Notes under the pieces: generated by a model
Told to the model about the DNA's origin: nothing
Seen by the model: only the letters and a program-made list of their open reading frames with translations
The model's database searches: none
Assembly: GCA_014799645.1 (NCBI GenBank)
Contig: JAAVHQ010000004.1
Span: 5,925-69,924, forward strand
Source: Clostridiales bacterium
GTDB taxonomy: Bacteria > Bacillota > Clostridia > Christensenellales > UBA3700
Reading direction: 5' to 3'
Length of the DNA stretch: 64,000 nt
Part shown: piece by piece, positions 47,878-57,570 of the stretch
How positions within the stretch are numbered: the first letter of the stretch is position 1
Layout of the letters: each line of letters opens with the position of its first letter
Made by a program: the position numbers and the translations under genes

Positions 47878-50219
47878 TGAGAAAGAGTAAGATAGATAAT
47901 AGAGAGAAAATAAAGATTGCCTTAGCAGGCAACCCCAACTGCGGTAAGACGACGCTCTTCAACGCATTGACGGGCGCGACCGCTCACGTGGGCAACTGGA
48001 CTGGCGTTACCGTCGAGAAGTTGGAAGGAACTTATAGGGATAAAAAGGCGGATTTGAGAATAGATATAGTCGACTTGCCTGGTATATATTCGCTTTCGCC
48101 ATATTCGCCGGAAGAGATTATATCGAGAGATTACTTGCTCTCTGGCGACGCCGATTTGATACTCAATATCATTGACGCTACCAACTTAGAGAGAAATCTA
48201 TATTTGACCACTCAACTTTTGGAGATAGGTATGCCTATCGTAGTTGCGCTCAATATGGAAGACTGTCTTAAAGCCAACGGCGAGAGCATAGACGTATATA
48301 AGTTGTCGGATAGATTGGGCGTACCCGTAGTAAGCATTTCCGCGCTTAAACAAAAGGGTCTTAAGGAACTTATGCAAACGGTCAAGGACAATTATTCTCA
48401 AAAGAGAAACGCTATTTCCTTGATTTCCAATACCATTCTCAAAGACAGCGTGGATAAAGTTATGTTGTTGCTTGACGACAGCAAGCAAAAACTCTTTGAG
48501 AGCGTTAAACTCGTCGAGGGAGATAAAATAATAGCGCAAAAGTATTCTTCTCTTGAAAAAGAAATACAAGCGATAAAGGACGAAAACCAAGAGGTAAAGA
48601 AAAAGTACAACGGCAATTTCGAGTCGTGCGTAGCCGATTGCAGATATAATGTGATCAACGAGAAGTTTGCCGATTTGATTACCCGAGATAGGGAAAAGCC
48701 CGACGTATCCAAGAGCGACAAAGCCGACAAGGTCTTGACGCACAGAATATGGGGTATACCTATTTTCCTCGTGATAATGTTGGTTATTTTCCACATTACT
48801 TTCAGTAGCAACTTCTTGTATCTGTCGGTTGTAATTCCGGATGGCGCTTTTGCCGACGTAGACCCGATCTCGGCACTGTTTGTGGACACAGAGTACGAAG
48901 TCGACGAAGAGGGCAATATATCGGGCGCAAACGCGTTGAAATCGCCCGGCGTATTCTTGCAAGGACTTGTCGAGGCTTTGGGCGAAGTCGTCAACGGCGA
49001 ACGCGTTGTCGAAGACGTAGTTGATGAAAACGGCGAAGCGGTCTTGGACGAAGAAGGCAACGCTTTAAGCGAAGTTGTAGAAGAGGGCGGATGGATTCCT
49101 CGCTTGCTTGCGAATGCCCCAGATTGGGCGTACGGAGTGATTTGCGACGGAATTTTGGCAGGCGTATTCGGCGTGCTATCATTCATACCGCAAATAATGG
49201 TATTGTTCCTATTCCTCACTATTTTGGAAGATACGGGATATATGGCGCGTGTCGCATTCATAATGGACAAAGCGTTTAGACGCATAGGACTTTCGGGCAA
49301 ATCATTTATGCCACTGCTTATGTGCTTCGGTTGCGCCGTTCCTGGTATTATGGCAACCCGTACTATAGAAAACAACAGAGAAAGAAAATCGACGATTTTG
49401 CTTGCGCCGTTCTTCTCGTGCGGAGCAAAGAGTCCGATTTGGTATGCGTTTGCCGCGGTACTTGCTTCGACAGTGGGATGGAACGAAGAGTTGACGGTAT
49501 TCAGCGTCTATCTCGTCGGAATATTGGTGGCTATGATAGCGGCTTTGATACTCAAAAAGATAAGCGGACAAAAAGGCGTTACGCCGTTTATAATGGAACT
49601 TCCGACTTACCATACGCCGCAGTTTAAGAGCGTGAGCATACATATTTGGCAGAAACTCAAACACTTCGTTTTCAGAGCAGGTACTGTCATTGCCGCGTCG
49701 ACTGTCATCATATGGTATCTTCTCAACTTCAACTTTACGTTCCATATGGTTGAAGAAAGCCAAAGCATTCTCGCTACCGTAGGCGGTTGGTTCGAATGGC
49801 TCTTCAAACCGCTCGGTTTTGGCAACTGGAAATTTATCGTCGCATCCGTCACGGGCTTGATTGCTAAGGAAGAAGTCATATCGTCAATCGAAGTTCTTGC
49901 GGGCAGCGTGGAAGCATTCGTCGCGGAGAGCGGAGTTTCGACGGCAGGTATATTCGCATTTATGTCGTTCAACTTGTTGACCATTCCTTGTATGGCGGCG
50001 GTAGGCGCGGCGGCAAGCGAATTAGGCTCGACAAAACGCACTATGCTCGCAATACTTTTCTGGATACTCACGTCCTATATCGTGGCAATGACGATATATC
50101 TCGTAGGCACGTATTGGTGGACGGTATTCATATTCGCCGCTCTCGTCGCGATAATAATAACCGTAGCCCACTTTGTTCAGAAGAATAGAGCAAACAAAAT
50201 GCCTTTGGAGGTTAAGTAA
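47877..50219 (+). CDS. feoB: Ferrous iron transporter FeoB.
   Basis: G-domain GNPNCGKTTLFNALTG and DLPGIYSL, followed by a polytopic membrane domain. 780 aa. Confidence 0.95.
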   Translation: MRKSKIDNREKIKIALAGNPNCGKTTLFNALTGATAHVGNWTGVTVEKLEGTYRDKKADLRIDIVDLPGIYSLSPYSPEEIISRDYLLSGDADLILNIIDATNLERNLYLTTQLLEIGMPIVVALNMEDCLKANGESIDVYKLSDRLGVPVVSISALKQKGLKELMQTVKDNYSQKRNAISLISNTILKDSVDKVMLLLDDSKQKLFESVKLVEGDKIIAQKYSSLEKEIQAIKDENQEVKKKYNGNFESCVADCRYNVINEKFADLITRDREKPDVSKSDKADKVLTHRIWGIPIFLVIMLVIFHITFSSNFLYLSVVIPDGAFADVDPISALFVDTEYEVDEEGNISGANALKSPGVFLQGLVEALGEVVNGERVVEDVVDENGEAVLDEEGNALSEVVEEGGWIPRLLANAPDWAYGVICDGILAGVFGVLSFIPQIMVLFLFLTILEDTGYMARVAFIMDKAFRRIGLSGKSFMPLLMCFGCAVPGIMATRTIENNRERKSTILLAPFFSCGAKSPIWYAFAAVLASTVGWNEELTVFSVYLVGILVAMIAALILKKISGQKGVTPFIMELPTYHTPQFKSVSIHIWQKLKHFVFRAGTVIAASTVIIWYLLNFNFTFHMVEESQSILATVGGWFEWLFKPLGFGNWKFIVASVTGLIAKEEVISSIEVLAGSVEAFVAESGVSTAGIFAFMSFNLLTIPCMAAVGAAASELGSTKRTMLAILFWILTSYIVAMTIYLVGTYWWTVFIFAALVAIIITVAHFVQKNRANKMPLEVK

Positions 50220-50434
50220 TGATTAGCGCATTGTCGGTCAACGTAAGCGGAGTAGTCGTGGGCATAGTCGTCGCCCTAGTGGTAGTAGGCGGTTTCGGCG
50301 CATACTTCTACCGCAAAATTAAAGCCAAAAAGAGCGGGAAAGGCTGTTGCTGTTCGGGCGATTGTTCGTCGTGTTCGTGTTGCTCTTTCTCCTTCAAGAG
50401 CAAAAAAGAAGAAGATACCGATAAAAAGAATTGA
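50219..50434 (+). CDS. FeoB-associated Cys-rich membrane protein.
   Basis: One TM segment, then GKGCCCSGDCSSCSCC. ATGA-type overlap with feoB. Confidence 0.8.
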   Translation: MISALSVNVSGVVVGIVVALVVVGGFGAYFYRKIKAKKSGKGCCCSGDCSSCSCCSFSFKSKKEEDTDKKN

Positions 50435-50465
50435 AATTTTCCTAAGTGATTAAATATGCCAAAGA

Positions 50466-50495
50466 GCGACCGCTAATGATTAGCGGTCGCTTTTT
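50466..50495. terminator. Bidirectional rho-independent terminator between convergent genes.
   Basis: GCGACCGCTA-atgat-TAGCGGTCGC, flanked by AAAGA on one side and TTTTT on the other. Confidence 0.8.
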
Positions 50496-50518
50496 ATTAG
50501 TTTATAAATTAAATTTAG

Positions 50519-52444
50519 TTATTGTTGAAACAGTCGACATAAACAACAACCGCATAGACAATTTTTGCATTGATTGCGCTGGCAGCAGTTGCAATGGCAG
50601 CAAGGGCAATACAGCGTGATTGTCGGCGTCGTTGGGTCAGGTCGATTTATAATCGTGATGACCGGATTGCTGATAATCGTCACAGGTTGTTCGTCTACTA
50701 CGAAACTTACGTTGGAATAGTTGGTGACGGTGTTTACCGCATTAGTGACAACTACGTCAAACTCTACTATTACCGCACCGCCGACGGCAAGGTCGGGAAG
50801 AGGAAATCCCGTTTGCGGATTGTACGCAGGGTAGGGCGTTCCGTTGATTTTCACGCTTCCCGCTGTAAATGCCGTACCTGTCGGGATTGGGTCGGTGAAG
50901 ACCAAATCAGTCTTTTCAAGCGTACCGGTATTGGTGATTACCGAAGTATAGTGCAAGGTGTCGCCCTGCTCGGCGAAAGCCTTATCCACACTCTTTACGT
51001 TAGTAAGTCCGTTGGATACGATTAGTACGGATATCGGATTTGAGAGGGAAAAGCTCGAAGCAGGGAATCCCGCAAAGGGGAAGAAGTTATAGTCCGCTCT
51101 CGCTATATTGATTATAGGGTTTATCGCGGGAATTGAATTTGCCGTGACTTGGAAGGTGATCGTTACCGTTTGATTAGGCGCAATCGTTGCTATTTCGACT
51201 GGCAACGCGCCAGCGTACGGAGAGCCGTCCACGGTTATCGAATTAGGGACGATGACAGTCTCGGGCGGTAGCATATCGCCTATCGTAGTGTTCAACGCTT
51301 CGACCGTACCAGTATTCTCGATTTGCAAAGTATAAGTTATCACTTCTCCCACTTCCGCGGTAGTCTTGTCAGCCGATTTGGTTACGACAAGATTTGCGCC
51401 CTTGCTGTCGATTTGCAGAGCAAGCGCATTGGGGACGTACAAGTCGCCGTCGCTCGTGAATCTTATGACAGCGCTGTTTTGATTTGCTTCCAATTTATCC
51501 GACACGTCGACTGCGGTAATGTCCCAACCTTGACGGCAAGCGGACGTATTCGTTCCCGCGCTTGCGTTTGCGTTACGAGTGCCGAAAGTACCCGTTGTGT
51601 CGAGTATGCCGTTTTCGTCGTTTATTTGCGAAGCGAAGAAGTTGTCTTCGGGATTGTTAGGTCCTGACAAGACTTCAAGCGTGGGTATCGTCTGACCGAA
51701 CAGCATTTGATCGCCCGTGAGTACAGCGTCGCCCTCTTGCGCCGAGACGAATATTTTGCCCGTAATCGGCAATACGTCGGGGGTAAGAAAATTCAGTACC
51801 GTTATCGTCGTACTTCCCGTGTTGGGGGATACGACAGCTCCGCCCGCCCAAAGGGTGAGATCACGCAAAGTTTGGTTTGGGTTTTCGTACGCTATCGCGA
51901 GCGTCCAACCTGCGTGGTTGGTGTCTGCCGTACGGTTGTCTAACGCTTCTATCAGCGCAGGTACGCCTTGTACGGAATACGTTCCGTTCAGCGCGGATTG
52001 TACCAATGACGTGACGTTTGCCGACCTGACGTAGAAGCCTACGGTAATGTTGTCGGCAGGTATATTGAAGTCCTGCGCCGTCGCAGGGTCGGGCGCAATC
52101 GAGAAAGCGCCGAGAGGGGTAGTAAACGTGACGTTGTTGTTAATCAGCGCGGAGATGTTGTTGACGGACGAACGGAACAATCCGCCCCATACGAGTTCCG
52201 CGTACAACACGGTTGAGCCGACGGGCAAATTGAGATTTGCGCTAGACCCGTTCTGCGCGTAATTGAGCGTAGTTCCCATAGGGAAGGTGCTTACTTGCAA
52301 AGCCGTGTTTAGACTTGTGAAAGCGCCTATCGAGCCTTCCGTGCCCGGAGCGTTTTGATTGGACGCTTTACTCAATCCGAGCGTGTTGCCCGTGAAAACT
52401 ATTCCGCCTTTTTTGACGTCGGAATATCTTTGAATGAAAGGCAT
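50519..52444 (-). CDS. DUF11-repeat surface or spore-associated protein with an extreme Cys-rich C-terminus.
   Basis: VTKSADKTTAEVGEVITYTLQIENTGTVEALNT and a second DUF11-like repeat. Tail CPCCHCNCCQRNQCKNCLCGCCLCRLFQQ. Confidence 0.7.
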   Translation of the reverse strand: MPFIQRYSDVKKGGIVFTGNTLGLSKASNQNAPGTEGSIGAFTSLNTALQVSTFPMGTTLNYAQNGSSANLNLPVGSTVLYAELVWGGLFRSSVNNISALINNNVTFTTPLGAFSIAPDPATAQDFNIPADNITVGFYVRSANVTSLVQSALNGTYSVQGVPALIEALDNRTADTNHAGWTLAIAYENPNQTLRDLTLWAGGAVVSPNTGSTTITVLNFLTPDVLPITGKIFVSAQEGDAVLTGDQMLFGQTIPTLEVLSGPNNPEDNFFASQINDENGILDTTGTFGTRNANASAGTNTSACRQGWDITAVDVSDKLEANQNSAVIRFTSDGDLYVPNALALQIDSKGANLVVTKSADKTTAEVGEVITYTLQIENTGTVEALNTTIGDMLPPETVIVPNSITVDGSPYAGALPVEIATIAPNQTVTITFQVTANSIPAINPIINIARADYNFFPFAGFPASSFSLSNPISVLIVSNGLTNVKSVDKAFAEQGDTLHYTSVITNTGTLEKTDLVFTDPIPTGTAFTAGSVKINGTPYPAYNPQTGFPLPDLAVGGAVIVEFDVVVTNAVNTVTNYSNVSFVVDEQPVTIISNPVITIINRPDPTTPTITLYCPCCHCNCCQRNQCKNCLCGCCLCRLFQQ

Positions 52445-52708
52445 ATTAACCTCCTTTTGTAAAAATACTACATATCGTCTCTCGCCTTAGCAAGAGAAAG
52501 AATATGTAGCATTATCGTTCAGTTCGGTATATGTCTTCACTGCATTGTATGAGGCAATAGCGCGTTTTGGTTACTATAGTAAAATCTTTGTTAAATCAAT
52601 TAGAAAACGACATTTTTAGGCTTAATGGTGTGGTTTTCCTGAAAAATATATGTTAAACTTTAAGGGCAATCAAGAGAATGTCAATTTATAAAGAGGTAAA
52701 TTCAAGAG

Positions 52709-53509
52709 ATGATATTAGTCGCAATAGCCGCAATTTCGCTTGTTATCGCTTTGTCGGTCTTTTTTATTTGTTTTAAGAAAGTTTCGCAAATTTATTGGAT
52801 AGCAGTTGTTTTTGCGGGAAGTTTTTGGGGATTGATTTTGCTGTGGGCGCTACCAGTAATTATTTGTTCGTTGTTCGTAGATCTAAAAAAGCCTTGCAGA
52901 AAACACAATCCGTTTTACCGCTTTTATGCAAATTGCTTAATCGATTTGGCTATTAGACTAATGCGGATAAAAATTCACGTGACGGGAGAGGAAAAACTGC
53001 CAAAAGAGAAGTTTTTGTTGGTGGGCAATCACTTATCGTATTTTGACCCGGGGGTAGCGATGTTGGCATTGCGCTCGTACAGAATGGGTTTTGTAGGCGC
53101 TACCGAGGTACTTTATAAATTTCCCGTGCTCAAAAAAATCGGACACAAAGTTTTTTGCATTCCGCTTGACAGACAAAGCGCGCGCGACGGCGTGCGTATG
53201 GTAAACGAGGCGGCTGAAATTATAAGTAGTCAGTTGGCTTCAATCGGAATTTATCCTGAGGGTAGAAGAAACCTTGAAGGCGGAGAACTTTTGCCGTTCA
53301 AAAACGGTGCGTTTAAGATTGCTAAAAAGGCAAACTGCCCGATAGTTGTCGCGCAAATTAGAAACATTGAGAACGTTAAGAAGAATATGCCGTTTAGACG
53401 TACGCACGTATATCTTGATTTCGTTGCAGTGATTAAGCCGGAAGAGATAGAAGGAAATACTACGCAAGAAATTGGAGATCTCGTGCGCAAAACGTTGGAA
53501 GAGAAGTAA
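52709..53509 (+). CDS. plsC: 1-acyl-sn-glycerol-3-phosphate acyltransferase.
   Basis: VGNHLSYFDP (HxxxxD motif) and IYPEGRR. Confidence 0.85.
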   Translation: MILVAIAAISLVIALSVFFICFKKVSQIYWIAVVFAGSFWGLILLWALPVIICSLFVDLKKPCRKHNPFYRFYANCLIDLAIRLMRIKIHVTGEEKLPKEKFLLVGNHLSYFDPGVAMLALRSYRMGFVGATEVLYKFPVLKKIGHKVFCIPLDRQSARDGVRMVNEAAEIISSQLASIGIYPEGRRNLEGGELLPFKNGAFKIAKKANCPIVVAQIRNIENVKKNMPFRRTHVYLDFVAVIKPEEIEGNTTQEIGDLVRKTLEEK

Positions 53510-53612
53510 ATTCTTTTTGTACACGGATTATTGCTTTACTAAATAAATATCTTTTTATATAATAAATATGTTGAACGTGTTTTGACAATAAGCAATAATA
53601 GGAATTGATAAT

Positions 53613-54086
53613 ATGAGAAGAAAAGATCGCGCTGTAACCGATCCTTCAAAGATCAAGGAAATAATCGAAAAAAGTGAAGTTATAAGAATTGGGTATTATG
53701 ATAACGGCGAAGTTTATATAGTTCCCGTTAATTTCGGCTATGTGGAAACCAACGGCGAATACACGTTCTATTTTCACGGCGCGAATGCCGGCAGAAAATA
53801 TGAGTTGTCAAAAAACGGTTGCGAAGTTGGATTTGAGTTGGAATCGCGGGCAAATATCGTTATTGACGACGTAGTATCTTGTCGCTCTACGTGTTACTTT
53901 AATAGCGTAATCGGCAACGGAAAGATTTCAGTAATTACAGACGTACAAGAAAAAGAGAAAGCATTAAATATTATTATGAAGCATTTCACAGGTAAGGATA
54001 TTCATACATTTGACGAAAAATGGCTGGGCGTCGTAGCTATCTTTAAGTTGGACGTTGAAAAACTGACTTGCAAAGCAAGGGTATGA
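53613..54086 (+). CDS. Pyridoxamine 5'-phosphate oxidase-family (flavin-binding split-barrel) protein.
   Basis: MRRKDRAVTD...IRIGYYDNGEVYIVPVNFGY pattern. 157 aa. Confidence 0.7.
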   Translation: MRRKDRAVTDPSKIKEIIEKSEVIRIGYYDNGEVYIVPVNFGYVETNGEYTFYFHGANAGRKYELSKNGCEVGFELESRANIVIDDVVSCRSTCYFNSVIGNGKISVITDVQEKEKALNIIMKHFTGKDIHTFDEKWLGVVAIFKLDVEKLTCKARV

Positions 54087-54107
54087 GATTAAAAGTGGGG
54101 GATAATT

Positions 54108-54465
54108 ATGAAAAAATTTCACGGTATTATAGTTGCTATACTTTTGTGCGTATTGCTTGCATTTGCGGGCTGTGGCGGAATCGGTTCAAAGAAAGTATAT
54201 AGCTATTTGAAAACGCAACAGGATTTTGTGGGAAATCCAAATTACAACGCATTGGACAACTTATACGCACGTAGTCAAATTACCTGAGGCGACGGTGGAG
54301 CTCAATGATAATGTGCTAGCTTTTTATTTGCTTGCAGAAAGCGATTCTAAGTATGCCGATACGTTTTCTTTGAAACTTGTAGTTGCGAATTCGACGTATA
54401 CCGAAAGCGACATCTCGAATATAGGTACAAGTTTTTCTAGTGGGTATGCGATCAAAAAAGCATAA
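54108..54465 (+). pseudogene. Lipoprotein gene split over two frames (frameshift or sequencing error).
   Basis: ATG at 54108 gives MKKFHGIIVAILLCVLLAFAGCGG... and stops at 54285-54287. The reading continues in another frame (track ORF 54226..54465). Confidence 0.4.
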
Positions 54466-54561
54466 TTTCTATTGAAAGCAAGAACAAACCGTAGTCCTTG
54501 CTTTTTCATTACTGTTTTGCTATAATGAAATCGCGATAAACAGTAACTTGTAGGCGAGTAT

Positions 54562-55041
54562 ATGAAACAAGATTCAAACAAAACAAACGTAATGAGAATA
54601 TTGGATCATAAAAAAGTAAAATATGAAAGTCATTATTATACGGATACCGACGCTATAAGCGGTATAGAAGTAGCTACCGTGTTGGGACAAAATCCAAATC
54701 AAGTTTTTAAAACTTTAGTTACAATAGGAAAGACGAAAGAGAATTACGTTTTTCTAGTTCCCGTTAATCAAGAATTAGATTTAAAGAAAGCGGCTAATGT
54801 AGTAAAAGAAAAAAATATCGAAATGATAAAGTCAAAAGAATTATTACCGTTAACAGGTTATATACACGGAGGGTGTTCTCCGATAGGTATGAAAAAACAG
54901 TTTAAAACGATAATTGATGCATCTGCTCAAAATTTCCAAACAATCATTTTCAGCGGAGGAAAAATCGGTTATCAAGTGGAAGTATCATTAGATGATTTAA
55001 AAAAGGTTATTACTTTTGATATAAAAGATATAATAAAATAA
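54562..55041 (+). CDS. ybaK: Cys-tRNA(Pro) deacylase YbaK.
   Basis: 159 aa. TNVMRILDHKKVKY, FKTLV, GGCSPIGMKKQF. Confidence 0.85.
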   Translation: MKQDSNKTNVMRILDHKKVKYESHYYTDTDAISGIEVATVLGQNPNQVFKTLVTIGKTKENYVFLVPVNQELDLKKAANVVKEKNIEMIKSKELLPLTGYIHGGCSPIGMKKQFKTIIDASAQNFQTIIFSGGKIGYQVEVSLDDLKKVITFDIKDIIK

Positions 55042-55059
55042 TGAAAACCTAAAAAACAA

Positions 55060-55102
55060 ACACACGCTTTTTGGGATACGCTCCTTTTGCGTGTGTCTTT
55101 TT
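55060..55102. terminator. Terminator-like hairpin between convergent ybaK and the XRE gene.
   Basis: ACACACGC-21 nt-GCGTGTGT, flanked by an A-run and a T-run. Confidence 0.5.
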
Positions 55103-55148
55103 GTCTATGATGAACAAAATAGGGGATAGCCGAAGTCGGGACTTGTAC

Positions 55149-55457
55149 CTATAAACTATTTAAAAATGCGTTTAAGAGTTCTTTTTGTTCTGCTGTAAGA
55201 GAGGAAAGTTTATCGGAAGTTCTTTTTTCTGAATTTCCTTTTGTACTAAAAAATTCTTCGATTGATATTCCTAATCCCCAACAAATGTGGTCAAGATATT
55301 CTATCGTAGGGCTCTTTTCGCCTTTTTCTAATTGATATATATAAGTAGGCGAAACGCCTGCGCTATTTGCTAAAGCATTTTGAGTTAATTTTTTTGCTTC
55401 ACGTAAACTTTTTATACGTTTTGCAACGTCAAATTTATCCATAAATATATCCGCCAA
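55149..55457 (-). CDS. XRE-family HTH regulator, likely the RM controller (C) protein.
   Basis: LTQNALANSAGVSPTYIYQLEKGEKSPT. Divergent from the methyltransferase gene, with palindromic boxes between them. Confidence 0.75.
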   Translation of the reverse strand: MADIFMDKFDVAKRIKSLREAKKLTQNALANSAGVSPTYIYQLEKGEKSPTIEYLDHICWGLGISIEEFFSTKGNSEKRTSDKLSSLTAEQKELLNAFLNSL

Positions 55458-55560
55458 ACATAACTATAGTTATAGTATATGTACTATAGTTATGTTTTAT
55501 TAAAACTATGGTGTTGACTATTTTAAACTATTGTGTTATCATAGTATCACTATAATTGAA
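55457..55560. promoter_or_regulatory. C-box-like operators and divergent promoters of the RM island.
   Basis: 14-bp perfect inverted repeat AACATAACTATAGT / ACTATAGTTATGTT. Five ACTATnGT/ACTATAAT boxes. TTGACT-17 nt-TATCAT. Confidence 0.6.
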
Positions 55561-55704
55561 TTACTTTAGTATTAGGTATAACGCAATGGCAGGCAATTCG
55601 AGTTTAAGAAAAGCAAACAAAGCAAAACATAACCAGTTTTATATACAGATTACAGATTTTGAATTTTGATACGATAAGAAAAAAAAGACTGCGAGGGAAT
55701 AAAA

Positions 55705-57570
55705 ATGGCAAACGAAAGATATTCTGAGAATTTAGTTTTAGTAGAAATGGGTGTTGGATTAGGTAAGAATGATTTTGGCTATGTTTTTCCACAGGGCGAA
55801 ACTGGTAATTTTGAAGATATTGAAAAACGGTTAAGAGAAATGGGTGGAAAACCAACTAATTGCAAGCTTGACGATTTTTCAACAACTGGTACTGGTAAAG
55901 CAAAACCTGAATACATCGTAACATTTGATGATGACAAAAATACAATCTTACTTGTAGAATGCAAAAAATATGTAAAAGACCACGAAAGCCTAAATAGAGA
56001 TATGCCACAAAAATATGCTGTAGATGGTGCTTTGTTTTATGCAAAGCACTTGAAAGAAGATTATAATGTTTTGGCAGTTGCAGTTAGTGGAACATCAAAA
56101 GAAAATGTAAAAGTAAATACTTTTTATTGGAAAAAGGGCTTTGAAACTCCTCAGGAATTAAAAAAGGCGAAGGATACTATTCTTGAGCCATTAAATTATT
56201 TAAATCTTGCAAACGGCAAAAAGATGGAAAGGAAATTCTCTTTACAAGAAATTCGCGAACTTTCTCAAATAATGCACGAAAAATTAAGACAAATTAAAAT
56301 ATCAGAGAAAGATAAACCTATCTTTGTTGCAGGTATTTTAATTGCTCTACAAAATACAGATTTTAGAAATAATTGGAATAATATTAACTCTTTTAATAGT
56401 TTAGTAAAACTAATGATTGATTCTATTGAAGAAACTCTTGATAATAGTGACATAAAGAGAGAAAAGATAGAAGCAATTAAGAGTTCATTCAGAAGGATTA
56501 AAAGTAACGAAAAAATCAAGTCTATTCTTTTGGGAGAAAGTGGTTCGCTCGCTTGGTTCATTGAACAACTTGAAATGCGTATTTTGCCAATGATGAATCA
56601 TTATGAATATACAGAGGATGCTTTAAGTATTTTTTATCACGAATTTATCAAATATAGTGCTACAGACGGCAAAGGCTTAGGAATAGTTCTGACTCCTAAA
56701 CACTTAACAGATTTTATGTGTAAACTTGGAGAAATAAATAAACAAAGTAAAGTAGTAGATATCTGTTGTGGTTCTGGTTCCTTTCTAGTGACGGCTATGG
56801 GTTTGATGTGTAAAGATGCTAACGAAACTCAAATATTAGACATAAAGAAAAATGGTCTATATGGGGTAGAGCTTGACACGGATTTATATACATTGGCAAT
56901 TACAAATATGATTATAAGAAAGGATGGAAAATCTAATATTGTTTGTGGAGACTGCTTTTCACAAGAAATATACAATAATTTAAGAAACAAACATTTATCT
57001 TTAGGTTTAATAAATCCACCTTATTCGCAAGAAGATAAATGTGAATTAGAGTTTGTTGAACAACTTTTAAGTATTCTTGAAACAAGAGGTTTAGCAGTTG
57101 CAGTTGTTCCTATGAGCTGTGCAATAGGAACAAAGTTTAAAGAAGTACGTGAAAGATTGTTTAAATACCATACTTTAAAAGCGGTTTTTAGTATGCCTGA
57201 TGACATTTTCTATCCTACTGGGGTTAATGTTTGTGTAATGGTATGGGAGGCACATAAGACTCACGATTCTTCTAAGCCCACTTTCTTTGGTTATTGTAAA
57301 GATGATGGATTTGTGAAGAGAAAGAAAATGGGAAGAATCGACTATTACAATAAATGGGATGATATCGAGAAACAATGGTTATATTTGTATGAGAACAAGA
57401 AAGTTGTTGACGGAAAATCAGCTTTACAATGCGTAACAGCAAATGACGAGTGGCTTTGTGAAGCATATATGAAGACAGATTATTCAACATTGACACAAAA
57501 AGATTTTCAACAAACCATAAACGATTATTTAGCTTATTTGGTTAAAAATGGTGATGTTTATGAAAATTAA
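55705..57570 (+). CDS. N6-adenine DNA methyltransferase (NPPY class) with an N-terminal PD-(D/E)xK-like domain. Resembles a BcgI-A-like (type IIB) or HsdM-like subunit.
   Basis: CCGSGSFLV (motif I) and LINPPYSQ (motif IV). N-terminal KPEYIVTFDDDKNTILLVECKKY looks like an HSDR_N/nuclease core. 621 aa. Confidence 0.75.
   Translation: MANERYSENLVLVEMGVGLGKNDFGYVFPQGETGNFEDIEKRLREMGGKPTNCKLDDFSTTGTGKAKPEYIVTFDDDKNTILLVECKKYVKDHESLNRDMPQKYAVDGALFYAKHLKEDYNVLAVAVSGTSKENVKVNTFYWKKGFETPQELKKAKDTILEPLNYLNLANGKKMERKFSLQEIRELSQIMHEKLRQIKISEKDKPIFVAGILIALQNTDFRNNWNNINSFNSLVKLMIDSIEETLDNSDIKREKIEAIKSSFRRIKSNEKIKSILLGESGSLAWFIEQLEMRILPMMNHYEYTEDALSIFYHEFIKYSATDGKGLGIVLTPKHLTDFMCKLGEINKQSKVVDICCGSGSFLVTAMGLMCKDANETQILDIKKNGLYGVELDTDLYTLAITNMIIRKDGKSNIVCGDCFSQEIYNNLRNKHLSLGLINPPYSQEDKCELEFVEQLLSILETRGLAVAVVPMSCAIGTKFKEVRERLFKYHTLKAVFSMPDDIFYPTGVNVCVMVWEAHKTHDSSKPTFFGYCKDDGFVKRKKMGRIDYYNKWDDIEKQWLYLYENKKVVDGKSALQCVTANDEWLCEAYMKTDYSTLTQKDFQQTINDYLAYLVKNGDVYEN

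Noticed and set aside
48398-49375. 325-aa and 254-aa minus-strand ORFs inside feoB.
   Set aside because: They are antisense to an unambiguous feoB. They are S/T/P-rich mirror products.
50570-52262. Several plus-strand ORFs (151, 114, 105 aa and others) inside 50.5-52.3 kb.
   Set aside because: All are antisense to the DUF11 gene, which has clear repeat-domain motifs and an SD. These are R/V-rich shadow ORFs.
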